Origin: a virus
Taxonomy: Duplodnaviria > Caudoviricetes
Virus record (IMG/VR): IMGVR_UViG_3300033146_000395
Location: 1 to 60,496 of that record
Strand: one strand, 5' to 3'
Length of the DNA: 60,496 nucleotides
Position numbers and translations under genes: made by a program. This document shows, in pieces, positions 8,316 to 18,419 of this stretch. The first letter of the stretch is position 1; the number at the start of each line of letters is the position of its first letter. The notes beneath the pieces are model-generated. The model searched no databases, was not told the DNA's origin, and worked only from the letters and a program-made list of their open reading frames with translations.

Positions 8316-9541
8316 TTAAATTTAGAGACTACCAGCAATCTATTATAGATAAAGGAACTGATATACTCAGACAGAGTAGGTTCTTATATCTAGCTATGGA
8401 GGTTAGAACAGGAAAGACTTTGACTAGCTTGGGTATAATAGATAGGGTTGGGGCAGACAACGTTCTGTTTGTTACTAAGAAGAAGGCAATAGGATCTATA
8501 GAGAGTGACTACAAGATGCTCAAACCTGGCTACAATCTTCACGTAATAAACTACGAAAGCCTGCACAAAATACCACGGGTTAGGTGGGATGCAGTTGTGT
8601 GTGATGAAGCTCACAGCATGGGTGCGTTCCCCAAGCCAAACAAGAGGGCCAAAACTATCAAAGATATAATAAATAATCATAGCCCGTTGGTAGTGCTGTT
8701 GTCGGGGACGCCTACGCCTGAATCGTACAGTCAAATGTATCATCAGGTGTACGGCATTCCTGGCAATCCTTTCAATGAGTTTACTAATTTCTATAAGTTC
8801 GCCAGGAAGTATGTGTTTGTTAAAGCCAGGATGATCAATGGGTATTCAGTCAACGATTACTCTGGCGGAAACAAATCAATCATACAAGCCATGCAACCAT
8901 ACACAATCTCTTACACTCAAAAGCAAGCAGGCTTTGTTGTTGATACCAAGGAGACTGTGTTGAGTGTTAAGATGTCTGATTCAACATACGATCTTGTGAA
9001 GAGACTTAGAAAGGATCTGGTGATTGATGGTGAGGAAGAAACCATTCTTGCTGAGACATCAGTCAAGCTGATGAACAAACTCCATCAACTGTACTCTGGC
9101 ACAGTTAAGTTTGAAAGTGGCAACTCAATGGTTATTGATACCTCAAAAGCTGAGTTCATCAGGGACAAATTCAAAGGTAAAAAGATAGGTATCTTCTATA
9201 AGTTTAGAGCTGAGCTAGATGCTTTGAAGCAGGTGTTTGCTGACAACTTATGCACAGATCTTGACACATTCAATAGTACAGATAAGCACATTGCTCTACA
9301 GATTGTGAGTGGCAGAGAGGGTATAAGTTTAAGGAATGCTGACGCTCTTGTGTATTACAACATAGACTTCTCTGCAACATCTTATTGGCAGAGCCGAGAT
9401 CGTATGACTACAAAGGATAGACTTAAGAATGATATCTATTGGGTGTTTGCTGAGAAAGGTATTGAGAGTCAGATATATAAGATGGTTACAAAGAAGAAGG
9501 ATTACACCCTTTACCATTTCAAAAAAGACTTTGTATTGTAA
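8312..9541 (+). CDS. SNF2-like SF2 helicase
   Basis: FRDYQ Q-motif, RTGKT, DEAH, LSGTP, GREGISL, QSRDR; start placed at ATG 8312, overlapping the upstream stop. Confidence 0.9.
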   Translation: MIKFRDYQQSIIDKGTDILRQSRFLYLAMEVRTGKTLTSLGIIDRVGADNVLFVTKKKAIGSIESDYKMLKPGYNLHVINYESLHKIPRVRWDAVVCDEAHSMGAFPKPNKRAKTIKDIINNHSPLVVLLSGTPTPESYSQMYHQVYGIPGNPFNEFTNFYKFARKYVFVKARMINGYSVNDYSGGNKSIIQAMQPYTISYTQKQAGFVVDTKETVLSVKMSDSTYDLVKRLRKDLVIDGEEETILAETSVKLMNKLHQLYSGTVKFESGNSMVIDTSKAEFIRDKFKGKKIGIFYKFRAELDALKQVFADNLCTDLDTFNSTDKHIALQIVSGREGISLRNADALVYYNIDFSATSYWQSRDRMTTKDRLKNDIYWVFAEKGIESQIYKMVTKKKDYTLYHFKKDFVL

Positions 9542-9545
9542 TCGT

Positions 9546-9553
9546 TAACTTTG
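9546..9553 (+). promoter_or_regulatory. -7 promoter element TAACTTTG directly before the VRR-NUC start
   Basis: Exact TAnnTTTG, 4 nt before ATG 9558. Confidence 0.5.
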
Positions 9554-9557
9554 CATT

Positions 9558-9806
9558 ATGACCGAGCAGCAAATACAATCCAAAAGAATTAAACAACTTG
9601 AGGCTGAAGGTTACTACGTGATCAAGCTAATCAAGACCAACAAGAACGGAATACCCGACATACTAGCTATACCAAAAGACGCTGATGTTTTGTTCTCAGA
9701 AGTTAAGAAACCAAGTGGAAAGGTTTCGGTGTTACAGAAATATAGATTAAAAGAATTACAAAGTTATGGATTTAGAACAGAGGTTTACAGAGGAGTTGAC
9801 GTTTGA
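9558..9806 (+). CDS. VRR-NUC domain nuclease (resolvase-like)
   Basis: EQQIQ, GIPD, FSEVK, S.LQKYR. Confidence 0.85.
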   Translation: MTEQQIQSKRIKQLEAEGYYVIKLIKTNKNGIPDILAIPKDADVLFSEVKKPSGKVSVLQKYRLKELQSYGFRTEVYRGVDV

Positions 9807-10089
9807 ATTAGAAGAGACGTTCCTCGAAAAGATGAGAGCATGTGACACTAGGTTAGGCATGCGTATTGCTTCGGCTATAGACAAGTTAAATCGAACTGAG
9901 ATTCCTATAGACAAGGATGAGTTTCAGATCTTCGGAGGAAGGGCTAGGTACAGGGGTGAAGATAACTTTTTTGCAGTAGAGATATGGAAGGATTCTCACT
10001 CAATTATAATTATCAACGATATATTCACAATATCTGCAGATAATTACTTAGATTTGTATAACGAAAACAAAATAATAAATCAAAAATGA
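9766..10089 (+). CDS. hypothetical phage protein
   Basis: 107-aa ORF in operon. Confidence 0.6.
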   Translation: MDLEQRFTEELTFELEETFLEKMRACDTRLGMRIASAIDKLNRTEIPIDKDEFQIFGGRARYRGEDNFFAVEIWKDSHSIIIINDIFTISADNYLDLYNENKIINQK

Positions 10090-10610
10090 AATCAAATATA
10101 GACGCATTGCTGGATCTAACTAAAGAATATTGTAAAGCAGATCCTATGGAGAACTCTAGGAAAAGAGAAGTTGTATACGCAAGAATGATTGTGTATAAAA
10201 TACTGATAGACTTTCATAAGTTTACTTTGGCAAGAGCAGCCAGGATTTTTGGTAAGAATCACGCAACAGTTTTGCACGCCCAGAGAAGCTTCGATAGTTT
10301 GATGGAGCAGGATGAAGAATTCTCTGATGCATTCAGTTCTATTTTGAAAGAGTACTCTGATATAGTAAGTATAAGTGGACCTATAACAGACGTCTATGTT
10401 GAAAATAAAATATTAAAGTCTCGAGTAGAGGTGTTAACGAGACAACTAAAGACCACTAAAAGAGTTTATAAAATCATTGATGGTCTACCAGAGGATGCTA
10501 TGGAGCAGATGCTTTTTAAATTAAAAATTATGGCTTCAGCAGCTAAGAAAAATATTAATCCGAGGGGCTATAATGGCGAGGTTTACCAAGCTAATATGGC
10601 TTCGTATTAA
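10086..10610 (+). CDS. DnaA C-terminal (domain IV)-like DNA-binding protein with coiled coil
   Basis: SRKREVVYARMI...ARIFGKNHATVLHA matches the DnaA R.r....aRqi...G.rdHtTVlha signature. Confidence 0.8.
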   Translation: MKSNIDALLDLTKEYCKADPMENSRKREVVYARMIVYKILIDFHKFTLARAARIFGKNHATVLHAQRSFDSLMEQDEEFSDAFSSILKEYSDIVSISGPITDVYVENKILKSRVEVLTRQLKTTKRVYKIIDGLPEDAMEQMLFKLKIMASAAKKNINPRGYNGEVYQANMASY

Positions 10611-10620
10611 ATATAGAGTT

Positions 10621-10851
10621 ATGTACGGTTACGATGACATAGATAAAATAGTTGAATTCAAAACGTGGAAAAGACGCAAGAAGATTGACGAGCTTTTTAG
10701 AATCGACAGCTGGATGTATACGAACCTAGGTTCTGAATCCACTAAAGCTGAGAAAGCTGCGGTTAAAAGAAAGTCAAAAGCTATATACAAAGCTGTCAAT
10801 AAAATCAATCCTTCTATTGGCAAGTCTTTAATTTTCCACATGGATGATTAA
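10621..10851 (+). CDS. hypothetical phage protein
   Basis: Basic ORF; likely start MYGYDD at 10621. Confidence 0.65.
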   Translation: MYGYDDIDKIVEFKTWKRRKKIDELFRIDSWMYTNLGSESTKAEKAAVKRKSKAIYKAVNKINPSIGKSLIFHMDD

Positions 10852-10919
10852 AAAAAATTAAATAAACGCTTGTTTATTTGAAATATTTATTCCTATCTTA
10901 GTGGGAAACAAATAAACCT

Positions 10920-11108
10920 GTGTTTGAAAACAAAGCAAATAATCATTCGATAGCGTTTGTAAACCTAGTTATGAACTCCATAAATGGGCTTACGGACAAT
11001 ATATATGAGGCCCTTATGGACAGGGAAACTGATGATGTTAACTCTAATATTGACGAACTCATAAATGTTTTGAAGGATCTACAGGTGTCATGTAAGGATG
11101 AGTTATAA
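10920..11108 (+). CDS. hypothetical helical protein
   Basis: 62-aa ORF preceded by TTG...TATCTTAG, a promoter-like sequence. Confidence 0.55.
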   Translation: MFENKANNHSIAFVNLVMNSINGLTDNIYEALMDRETDDVNSNIDELINVLKDLQVSCKDEL

Positions 11109-11814
11109 GGATTTTAGACCAAGGTTGAGTGGTAATAAAAAGATTGCCTACGACAACCTAATGAGGAAAGAAAGAAGAGTACTTGTTGTTGGAGATATAC
11201 ATGCTCCATTTGAACTAGAAGGATATCTAGAGTTTTGTCAAGAAACTTATGCCAAGTACAATTGTAATCAAGTAGTTTTTATAGGGGATATAATTGACAA
11301 TCACTATGCGTCATACCACGAAACAGATCCTAATGGAATGGGTGGTGGAGAAGAGTTGTCTTACGCAATAGATGATGTTAAGAGATGGGCAGATGCTTTT
11401 CCTGTAGCTGATGTGTGTATAGGAAACCACGACAGAATGATAATGAGAAAGGCGTTTACTTCAGCTATCCCAAAAGAATGGATCAAGGATTACAATGAAG
11501 TGCTAGGAACTAATTGGAAGTGGGCAGATAGATTTGTTTATGATGGCGTTCAGTACATACACGGAGAGGGTGGTACAGCCAGGACTAGAGCAAAGAATGA
11601 TATGATGTCTACTGTTCAGGGACATATACACACACAATCATACACCGAATGGATGGTTGGTAGAAACTTCAGGGTGTTTGGAATGCAAGTGGGTTGTGGG
11701 ATTGATGCTAACGCATACGCTGCAGCTTACGCTAAGCACTTTAAGAAACAAGCTATTGGCTGCGGAGTAGTTCTTGGTGGGCATACAGCTATAAACTGTT
11801 TAATGGAATTATGA
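11098..11814 (+). CDS. Calcineurin-like metallophosphoesterase
   Basis: GDIH, GDIID, GNHD, HG, GHIH motifs. Confidence 0.9.
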   Translation: MSYKDFRPRLSGNKKIAYDNLMRKERRVLVVGDIHAPFELEGYLEFCQETYAKYNCNQVVFIGDIIDNHYASYHETDPNGMGGGEELSYAIDDVKRWADAFPVADVCIGNHDRMIMRKAFTSAIPKEWIKDYNEVLGTNWKWADRFVYDGVQYIHGEGGTARTRAKNDMMSTVQGHIHTQSYTEWMVGRNFRVFGMQVGCGIDANAYAAAYAKHFKKQAIGCGVVLGGHTAINCLMEL

Positions 11815-12005
11815 GTTGGATAACTGACACTACAATAGGAGATATAGATGTTATCTATACCATTGTTACACCTAACGATATGGACGATAAGAAGAAAGAG
11901 ATTGTCGAGGCTATCAACAGAGAGAAGATGTCTGAGAAGCCTAACTTCGACACAATTAGAATGTTACAACAACAGCTTGATAACCTGGAGGTTAATGAAG
12001 AATGA
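11811..12005 (+). CDS. hypothetical protein
   Basis: 64-aa ORF with ATGA overlap. Confidence 0.55.
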   Translation: MSWITDTTIGDIDVIYTIVTPNDMDDKKKEIVEAINREKMSEKPNFDTIRMLQQQLDNLEVNEE

Positions 12006-12063
12006 AGATACAGCACCCTGGATTATAGCTATATTTGTTAGCGCATGCTTTTGGTACTCTATT

Positions 12064-15000
12064 CTAAGGCATTTCCTGTAGCTCAACATCTTGTATTTCG
12101 CTGTACTTTTTAAATAGCTTTAGGTAAGTCTTATTGAATTGATCAAACAGTCTATCTTCTGCAGTCTCTATCTTTTTTAGAATCCTTTTCTTTTTAGATT
12201 CATCTTTTATTTTTTCGGCATTAACCCTTGTTTCTCTCAGGCCTTTCAGGCTTTTATCTATGTTCTTGTACACTTTTTCTAATGCCAAGGCGCTAGAGTA
12301 AACCTTGTTATCTAAAGATGGCCTTTGTCCTGATGCTATTGACTCTTTGTAATCTCTAACTAGAGTAGATATCTCATCTCTTCGTTTGTAGTATTGAGAT
12401 TGATCTATATATCTACTGTTCTCACCAGCAAATCTTCTTGCGAAAGGAATCTTTCTAGTCTCTAAATCAAACTCTTCTCCTGCAGCTGCATCAACAAGAC
12501 CTTCGGTTGTTGCCATTATATTCTTTACGAACTGACCTGTCCCTCCTATATACTGATCTACTATGTATTCAAAAATCTCTGGCTGAACATCTATTGATCC
12601 AGATCTAAACTCGCCTCCTCCACTAACTTCGTTGAGCCACTTTGATATGGCTTTATATGCTTCAGGAGTTGTTCTTCTTCCAAGCTGACTCTCTGGCTTT
12701 GGCGCACCAGCTGGAAAATTTTCCTCAAATATTTGAGTTCCAAAAAAGTTTTCATTCGCAAGAATATCACCAAGAGGTTTTACTACTGAAGGTGTAACTA
12801 ACTTCCCTGCTTGAGTCAACTTGCTGTCGCTAGTTGGAACAGTAAGTGGAGAGAATGCTCCAGTGAAAGACCTAACTAAAAATTCAGATGTGTCTCCAGC
12901 ATCTTTGTTTCCTGTAGATACGTCATGAAGGGCTTGCCCCATGTTATAGAATACATTATATCCGTAGGGCAGTGGTATTTTTATGTAATCTTTACCGTTA
13001 GGCTTCATGATTATAAGGTTTCTTTCTTTCTCATAATCAGGTATCTTACTAAAGAAAGACTCTCCATCATCATCAATATCAGACATCTCTTCATTCATTG
13101 CAGCTAGTAGAGCACTACCCCCTACTATTCCAAACGCAACTTTCTGAGCAGGGTTTAATTTTTTCTTAGTCTTACCTGTAACTGGGTCAATTGTTGTGGA
13201 TAGGGTTGTCATTGCTTTACCAAATCTAGCAGTACCCTGTACTGAAGCGTTGAAGAATAAGAACAAGGAGTTAAACAATCCTCCTAATTCACCCTTTTGA
13301 TTGAAGTTAACCGTCAAATCTTTAGCTATTGACGCAGCCTTTTGTCTGTCTACACCAGATTTTCTAGCCTCCATGTATGCAGCTAAACGTGTGGAGTTCT
13401 CAGCAGCTGAGTTCAAAGCGTCCACAAGCTTGCTTGTCTTTTTGAAAAACTCTTTTGTACTCCCAGGTTTTTGAACTGAACTAGCAAACCCATCCAATTG
13501 TTTTTTTATATCTTCATTGCTTTTGGTATAGAAGTAACCTGTCTTAGCTCCGTCTTCCACAAAGTCATTATAATATTTAACAAGCTCCGGATCTAAACCT
13601 TTAGCTATAAGCTCTTGATCACCAAGCAACCTTCCCTCTGCATCTTTTGTTTTACCTCTTTCAACTGCAGCAATAGTCTTAAGTGACTTGCGTGAATTAT
13701 TTGCTATAGATAAAGCTAATTGCGTTGGGTTCTGCATGGGTATACCACTATCAGCTAAAGCGTTTAGGATTCCTGTTTGAATATCTCTGACGTAGTTTAC
13801 GGCAATAAACTCTGGGTTGGCAGTTGTAAATACTTTTCTTAAATAATTATTGATCAAAGCCAATCCTCTTATTCCATTTTGCAGAACACCTACACCTCCT
13901 ATACTCGCATCGTTTAGAGATTTGGTTATTGATTCGTCTTTAAATTTTATGAAATAATCTTTACCATCCTTCACGACTCTAACATAATCTTCTTTGTTTG
14001 CAGACATTTCTCTTGGGGTCAACGGAGACATAACTCTTTGCCCTCCTTCTAATTTAGGGGCCATGTCTGGTGATTCTGCAGTATAAACAGTATATGCTTC
14101 GCTTGGGTTTTCTTGGACCAAGTTTAATAAGTTTTGCATAACAGCGTTCTTCTCAGCTCTCATTATGGCTGTGGTTCTAGCTTGTATTATATTAGAAAGA
14201 ACATCTCCCGCCTTACTTCTTCTACCAAGCGCAGCCCTTGTTTCCCCACCCCTTAACGGAAGAACGCTTGATGACTCTCCAACTATGTCTGTTATTCTAT
14301 CAACTCCAGATTTCTCGTCAAATCCTTTTAAAGGAACGTAGTTTTGGTATTGATTTTGTTTTAGATTCTGATACTCCTGTTCTGTTATTAAGCCACGGTC
14401 TCTAAGTATTTGAAGTGTCTGATCTGTGATTCCTAAAAACTTATCTGCAGCTTTATCTAACGCAGCCTTTTGTTTAGGGGTAAAGCTATCTATAATTTTT
14501 TGAGCCTCTTGATCTGTCATACCAGATCCTGCTTCATTGTCCGGGTCTCTTGTTTCTTTAATGAACTTGTTTCTTTCTGGCGCATGCAAAGCGTACAGGT
14601 AATCAGATATTTGGTCAGGAGTTACTCCTGATTTAGCCGCTTCCTTTACGGAGGCCTCGACTTCAGCTTCAAATTTATCTAGTTGATTTCTGGTTTTACC
14701 ATACAATAATTTCTCTGCTGTATCAAAATCTCTGTCTCTCTGTGTCTTTTTTCCGGCTGCCTTTTCTACTCCTCGCTGCAGCTTTCTAACTCCATATAGC
14801 CTATCGACAAAAGCCTTGGTCGCTCGGTCTATTAGACTTCCAATACGTGTAGACTTACCAGCTATCTCTTCTTCTGTTAAAATCTTTTGAGGCTCATCAT
14901 CTACCGCAACCTCTGTTTCCGTCTCTGATTCAACTTGGTCTTGGGTTTCAATCGTTTCGGTAGTTGGTTGTACTTCACCGGGTACTCCTTCAGCCACTTC

Positions 15001-16536
15001 TTCAGTAACTGCGGATTCTCCGACGCTAGCTTCCTCCATTGTGCTTGGCTTCTTACTGGCATATTTTTCGTATATTAAATCTAACTCATTATTGATATCC
15101 TTTTTTCTTTCAGCTGCAGTTCTTGAGCTATCTCCCTCTAATTGTTTTAGTTCCATCTCCAACACGATGATAGCATCTCTATCGTCTCTGTCGGTGATTC
15201 GATCAGGTATCAGCGCATCCATCTTGCTATTGAATATTGCGTCTTGTTTTTTGAGCGCAAACTTATTCTTAAGATCAGGATCGTTTTTTATTTCAACAGT
15301 AACTCCTGCAACGTCCTCTGGTTTACCTTTCTCTAAAATATCTACCACCTCATCCCTACTTCTTCTCTCTCCATTTATCTTGTAAGACGGAGTTTTATAT
15401 AATGCAAGACCTACAGATATAGGAGCTGTGGTAGTTCCTGTAACTGTTTCAAACCCAATCTCCGCTACATCCATTTCTTGTCCAGCAACCTTTCTAGCTA
15501 CAGTCTCCCCTGTGCCTCCACCTACCGCTTCAATACCTATACCTGTTGTTGCGCCTTTCAGTTTAGGAGCTTTTTTAGCAGCAGATGCTACGGCTTTTGT
15601 GGCTTTACCTGCAATGCCTGCTGTTATACCTTCTATTAGCCCTATAGCTATGCCTCTTCCAGCTGCACGTCTTCGTATTCTACCCATTTTATCTGGGTCA
15701 GATATTACTTCTCTTACATTCTCTAATGTAAATTCTTTTCCTTCTAACTCCTCTATAAGAAACTCATTTAACGACATAGCTGTTTCTAAAGATCCGGAAG
15801 CTCCCATTATGAATCCCCCTATAGCCCCTGGCACAGCTCCAATACCTGAAGCTGAAGCGCCTACTAATGCTCCTGCTCCCGATAATGCTGCACCGTAAGC
15901 TAAAGCATCTGCATCTAACATGCCTCGTACTGATGAAGTAAATAGCTGTGGAATTACCGTTGGGTTTTTGTATATGCCTTTTAAGAACCCCCATACACCT
16001 TCACCCTCTTCTTGATATACTTTTTGAAAGTTATTCATTTCATCTGAAGGTCCGAAGGACTCCATGTTTTTTACTGCAGCTATATACTCTTGTAATTCAT
16101 CATCTGAAATTTCAGAACCTTGACCAAACAAACGCATGGCATCATCAATAGTGTCACCCTGTGCAGCGCCTTGTTGCCAAGATCTATATATGTCTCCAAA
16201 AAAATCTGTGAACTCGTTCTTACCGAACTGTCTTTCTATTGCTGTTAGCTTTTCTGTAGACCCCAATCCAGATGGACTGACTTCTTCCGATGTAATAGAT
16301 TCCATAACGCCCCCTTGAGAAGAAGAAAGAGAGTCGTCTTTTTTTTTTAAACCTGTGTTGTCAGCCCAATCATTAAAAGAACTGTCTGTAAGTTTTTTAT
16401 CAACCAAATAAGTATAAATAGTTTGCTGAACAGACGGATCATTAGATACGTTTACAACCCACTCCTCAAAAGAACTCGTGGTTTTACCGTCCCTTGTTAG
16501 TTGATCCCAAATATTTTTTAACAACTGCTCGTTCAT
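12064..16536 (-). CDS. Large internal virion/ejection protein with C-terminal LPD38-like domain
   Basis: 1490 aa; Gly/Ala-rich hydrophobic segment, YVPLKG, NYVRD, VNFNQKG, FFNASVQG, IPLPYGYNVF, ANENFFG; last gene of the virion arm. Confidence 0.7.
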   Translation of the reverse strand: MNEQLLKNIWDQLTRDGKTTSSFEEWVVNVSNDPSVQQTIYTYLVDKKLTDSSFNDWADNTGLKKKDDSLSSSQGGVMESITSEEVSPSGLGSTEKLTAIERQFGKNEFTDFFGDIYRSWQQGAAQGDTIDDAMRLFGQGSEISDDELQEYIAAVKNMESFGPSDEMNNFQKVYQEEGEGVWGFLKGIYKNPTVIPQLFTSSVRGMLDADALAYGAALSGAGALVGASASGIGAVPGAIGGFIMGASGSLETAMSLNEFLIEELEGKEFTLENVREVISDPDKMGRIRRRAAGRGIAIGLIEGITAGIAGKATKAVASAAKKAPKLKGATTGIGIEAVGGGTGETVARKVAGQEMDVAEIGFETVTGTTTAPISVGLALYKTPSYKINGERRSRDEVVDILEKGKPEDVAGVTVEIKNDPDLKNKFALKKQDAIFNSKMDALIPDRITDRDDRDAIIVLEMELKQLEGDSSRTAAERKKDINNELDLIYEKYASKKPSTMEEASVGESAVTEEVAEGVPGEVQPTTETIETQDQVESETETEVAVDDEPQKILTEEEIAGKSTRIGSLIDRATKAFVDRLYGVRKLQRGVEKAAGKKTQRDRDFDTAEKLLYGKTRNQLDKFEAEVEASVKEAAKSGVTPDQISDYLYALHAPERNKFIKETRDPDNEAGSGMTDQEAQKIIDSFTPKQKAALDKAADKFLGITDQTLQILRDRGLITEQEYQNLKQNQYQNYVPLKGFDEKSGVDRITDIVGESSSVLPLRGGETRAALGRRSKAGDVLSNIIQARTTAIMRAEKNAVMQNLLNLVQENPSEAYTVYTAESPDMAPKLEGGQRVMSPLTPREMSANKEDYVRVVKDGKDYFIKFKDESITKSLNDASIGGVGVLQNGIRGLALINNYLRKVFTTANPEFIAVNYVRDIQTGILNALADSGIPMQNPTQLALSIANNSRKSLKTIAAVERGKTKDAEGRLLGDQELIAKGLDPELVKYYNDFVEDGAKTGYFYTKSNEDIKKQLDGFASSVQKPGSTKEFFKKTSKLVDALNSAAENSTRLAAYMEARKSGVDRQKAASIAKDLTVNFNQKGELGGLFNSLFLFFNASVQGTARFGKAMTTLSTTIDPVTGKTKKKLNPAQKVAFGIVGGSALLAAMNEEMSDIDDDGESFFSKIPDYEKERNLIIMKPNGKDYIKIPLPYGYNVFYNMGQALHDVSTGNKDAGDTSEFLVRSFTGAFSPLTVPTSDSKLTQAGKLVTPSVVKPLGDILANENFFGTQIFEENFPAGAPKPESQLGRRTTPEAYKAISKWLNEVSGGGEFRSGSIDVQPEIFEYIVDQYIGGTGQFVKNIMATTEGLVDAAAGEEFDLETRKIPFARRFAGENSRYIDQSQYYKRRDEISTLVRDYKESIASGQRPSLDNKVYSSALALEKVYKNIDKSLKGLRETRVNAEKIKDESKKKRILKKIETAEDRLFDQFNKTYLKLFKKYSEIQDVELQEMP

Positions 16537-18419
16537 TATCCGAATGGTTTTGGCTCTGATGTTTGTGGTGGCACTGATTTTTTAAGTTGGCTGGCAACCT
16601 CCTCAACTCTTCTTATAAGAGCACTTGGGGTTAAGTCAAATAAGTTTTCGTCAATAGTTTGTGTTTTACCACCCACCTCAATGGTTATTTGAGCAATAGG
16701 TTTTTCTGACTTTCTATCTCCTTTACCCTTACCTCTCTTCGGGTCTACGTCTACGCCATAATAATCTGATAGGTTTGTAACAATCACCGATCCATTCACG
16801 TTTTGCAAAGCTTGATTTAAAGCTACTTCGTATTGATCTAAAATGTAAGCGTCTTTTTCTTCATGTTCATAAAGAGGTATGTCTGATGAAGGAGACTGTA
16901 TCATGCCAGCGGTATAAGAAGGTATACCTGCAATCCTCGACTGAAGAGGAATATCTTTTCGTGTGTCAGGATCATACACTTCTACGTCACTCAAGCTTAC
17001 GGGAGGAGTAAATGTTTCTGAAACAAACCCTGACTCCTCTACAGTAGACACGGGCTTCAGAGTTCCCCCATAGTCTCTTAATGTGTTAGCGAATGAAGAT
17101 CCTGACAATGGAGTAATAAGCTCTGCTATCCTCTGATAGTTTGCTTCTAAAGAAGCGTTTGGATCTGTAGATATTTCTTCACCACTAAACCTAACTAGCG
17201 TAATTGTACCCGAATCCGGATCTCTTCTGAACGTCTTGAACTTTTGATCTGGATCAGCTATACTTGCGTTTGCTTGCTCTAATCTAGATTTTAATGTTTG
17301 GTTTGCAGTAGCGGTGTCTCCGCTAAATATAGTAACAACCTCTTGCAAGTAACCTAGATTTTCTTCCTTGTCTTTATTTAATCTTTGTTGCTCTAAACCT
17401 AATCTTTGTCGCTGAATATCTTTTGTTTCTAACGTTTGTATTTTATCTAACTTGCTTCTTAGATTTTTTTGAACCACATCAAATGCAGCTTTGACTCTTG
17501 GGTCGTTAGGATCGTTGACATTGATCACAGGTACAAGCCTGTTGGCACTGTCTGTTTTTACTAGAATTTGATTGACATCACTTGGATCGTAATCATTTTC
17601 ATTGAACACTAATTCGTAATCCTCTGTAGCCCAATCGGTTAATATACTAGCAACAGCGCTTGGGTTTTTAAGCATTGAGTTTATGGCATTGCTTTCAGCG
17701 CTAGCAAACTCTGGGTTTTCAGTGACGTCTTCTATCGTCATATCAGGAAACGCTTCTACGTATCGGCCTAGGTTCTCTGCAATAGCATTTGTCTGGGTGT
17801 CCATCTGGAATTTTTTATCCAAGTTTTTACCCCTGTTCATCATGTTGTTTACCGAAAGCATTTTGGTTGGATCAGTCTGTATAACACCATCCTCCACTGT
17901 AGCTATAAAGACTCTTCCGTCTTCAGGATTCACATAGATCTGTTTGTTTTGAAAGTCTGCAAACCCAGCATAGTTTTCAAAAGTTTTTATTCCAAGCTCA
18001 GACAACTCTCCAGATTCAAGTTGAGCTAGTGCAGTGGCGTAATCCTGATTATATGTTTTGAACGCTGTGTTTAGTTGAGTCCAATCATCTTTCAAAGTCT
18101 GTCGGTATCTGGCATAATCCGATTGGTTTATCTGTCCGTTCTTAAATAATCTATTCAGCTCCAACAATCCCTGAGACGACTGTGCTGCCCCATCTAAAAT
18201 AAATTGATTCGCAGTTTTATCTTGACCCAACTCAAGCTCATTCATTCCTCTTACAAGATCTTGAGTTTCAGTTTCAATTTTTTCTCTTTCCGTATCTCTC
18301 TTTTCTTTACGGGTATTGATGGTTGTTATTAAATCTTTTGCAATAGTTCCCCAGTCGACAAAAGAATCTTCTGATCGGGCCACATATCCTAAAGAAGAAG
18401 GTACGTTAACTTTAGCCAT
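16536..18419 (-). CDS. Putative internal virion/ejection protein
   Basis: 627 aa, helical, VDWGTIA N-terminus; lies between two other ejection-type genes. Confidence 0.55.
   Translation of the reverse strand: MAKVNVPSSLGYVARSEDSFVDWGTIAKDLITTINTRKEKRDTEREKIETETQDLVRGMNELELGQDKTANQFILDGAAQSSQGLLELNRLFKNGQINQSDYARYRQTLKDDWTQLNTAFKTYNQDYATALAQLESGELSELGIKTFENYAGFADFQNKQIYVNPEDGRVFIATVEDGVIQTDPTKMLSVNNMMNRGKNLDKKFQMDTQTNAIAENLGRYVEAFPDMTIEDVTENPEFASAESNAINSMLKNPSAVASILTDWATEDYELVFNENDYDPSDVNQILVKTDSANRLVPVINVNDPNDPRVKAAFDVVQKNLRSKLDKIQTLETKDIQRQRLGLEQQRLNKDKEENLGYLQEVVTIFSGDTATANQTLKSRLEQANASIADPDQKFKTFRRDPDSGTITLVRFSGEEISTDPNASLEANYQRIAELITPLSGSSFANTLRDYGGTLKPVSTVEESGFVSETFTPPVSLSDVEVYDPDTRKDIPLQSRIAGIPSYTAGMIQSPSSDIPLYEHEEKDAYILDQYEVALNQALQNVNGSVIVTNLSDYYGVDVDPKRGKGKGDRKSEKPIAQITIEVGGKTQTIDENLFDLTPSALIRRVEEVASQLKKSVPPQTSEPKPFG

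Noticed and set aside
15041-16318. Plus-strand ORFs opposite the 1490-aa gene (and similar antisense ORFs across 12-54 kb)
   Set aside because: Antisense shadows of long, motif-bearing - strand genes.
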